DNA of 64,000 nucleotides from Candidatus Moraniibacteriota bacterium (GTDB lineage: Bacteria > Patescibacteriota > Minisyncoccia > Moranbacterales > UBA1568): NCBI GenBank assembly GCA_016699975.1, contig CP064994.1, positions 981,874-1,045,873 on the forward strand, in the 5' to 3' direction. Position 1 is the stretch's first letter; each line of letters starts with the position of its first letter. The notes under the pieces are model-generated. The model searched no databases. It worked only from the letters and a program-made list of their open reading frames with translations, and had not been told where the DNA came from. Shown one piece after another: positions 63,962 to 64,000 of the stretch. Position numbers and translations under genes: made by a program.

Positions 63962-64000
63962 GGTTTCAGCTCTCTCGCTTGGTTTTTGTGCTCGACTGGT

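Noticed and set aside
1-64000. CRISPR arrays / cas genes
   Set aside because: No regularly spaced direct repeats found. The Cas4-like nuclease at 46149 has no neighbouring cas genes or array.

Overview
Overview: a 64 kb bacterial chromosomal window of about 50% GC. It has the look of a small-genome Patescibacteria/CPR-like organism. A lamin-tail-domain/PKD surface protein, several family-39 glycosyltransferases (GT39), large low-complexity membrane proteins and weak or absent Shine-Dalgarno (ribosome-binding) sequences on many genes point that way. The taxon call is inference only.

Gene content is mostly housekeeping. It includes an RND efflux pair (periplasmic adaptor plus pump), typA/bipA, endonuclease III, an ADP-forming acetyl-CoA synthetase, anaerobic ribonucleotide reductase genes nrdD and nrdG, the str operon (rpsL-rpsG-fusA), rpmB, mscL, ndk, lepB, pyruvate kinase, htpX, lemA, uvrB, tRNA-Pro(GGG) and tRNA-Ser(CGA).

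Features that stand out:
1. At least nine frameshifts interrupt otherwise intact conserved genes (RND pump x2, acetyl-CoA synthetase, nrdD x2, fusA, a GT39, the lamin-tail-domain protein). Most sit in short homopolymer or low-complexity runs, so sequencing or assembly indels are the likeliest explanation.
2. nrdD has an unusual architecture. Its body ends right after a CxxC motif. A separate ORF 175 bp downstream carries a complete zinc-ribbon plus glycyl-radical domain. A low-GC HEAT-repeat gene and a truncated kinase-like gene lie between nrdD and nrdG.
3. A compositionally foreign block of about 60% GC lies at 33.4-35.8 kb. It encodes a 499-aa coiled-coil hypothetical protein and a standalone DEDDh 3'-5' exonuclease. 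It is followed by an AT-rich spacer, three degenerate ~140-bp tandem repeats that each begin with a copy of the tRNA-Ser 3' end, and then tRNA-Ser itself. This is the footprint of an integrated element whose integrase is gone.
4. Scattered conjugation/T4SS-like remnants appear at 46-53 kb and 61-64 kb. They include a VirB4/TraC-like membrane ATPase, a convergent Cas4-like PD-(D/E)XK nuclease, and a secreted protein carrying an internal near-perfect 265-bp duplication. A GC-rich TraG/VirD4 C-terminal fragment and a CHC2 zinc-finger (primase-type) protein complete the set.
5. A 1.65 kb gene-poor stretch at 1.5-3.2 kb carries multiple GC hairpins and a strong intrinsic terminator, which makes it a candidate sRNA region. 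A small RNHCP zinc-ribbon gene sits inside it.

No CRISPR array, rRNA gene, integrase or transposase gene was recognised.
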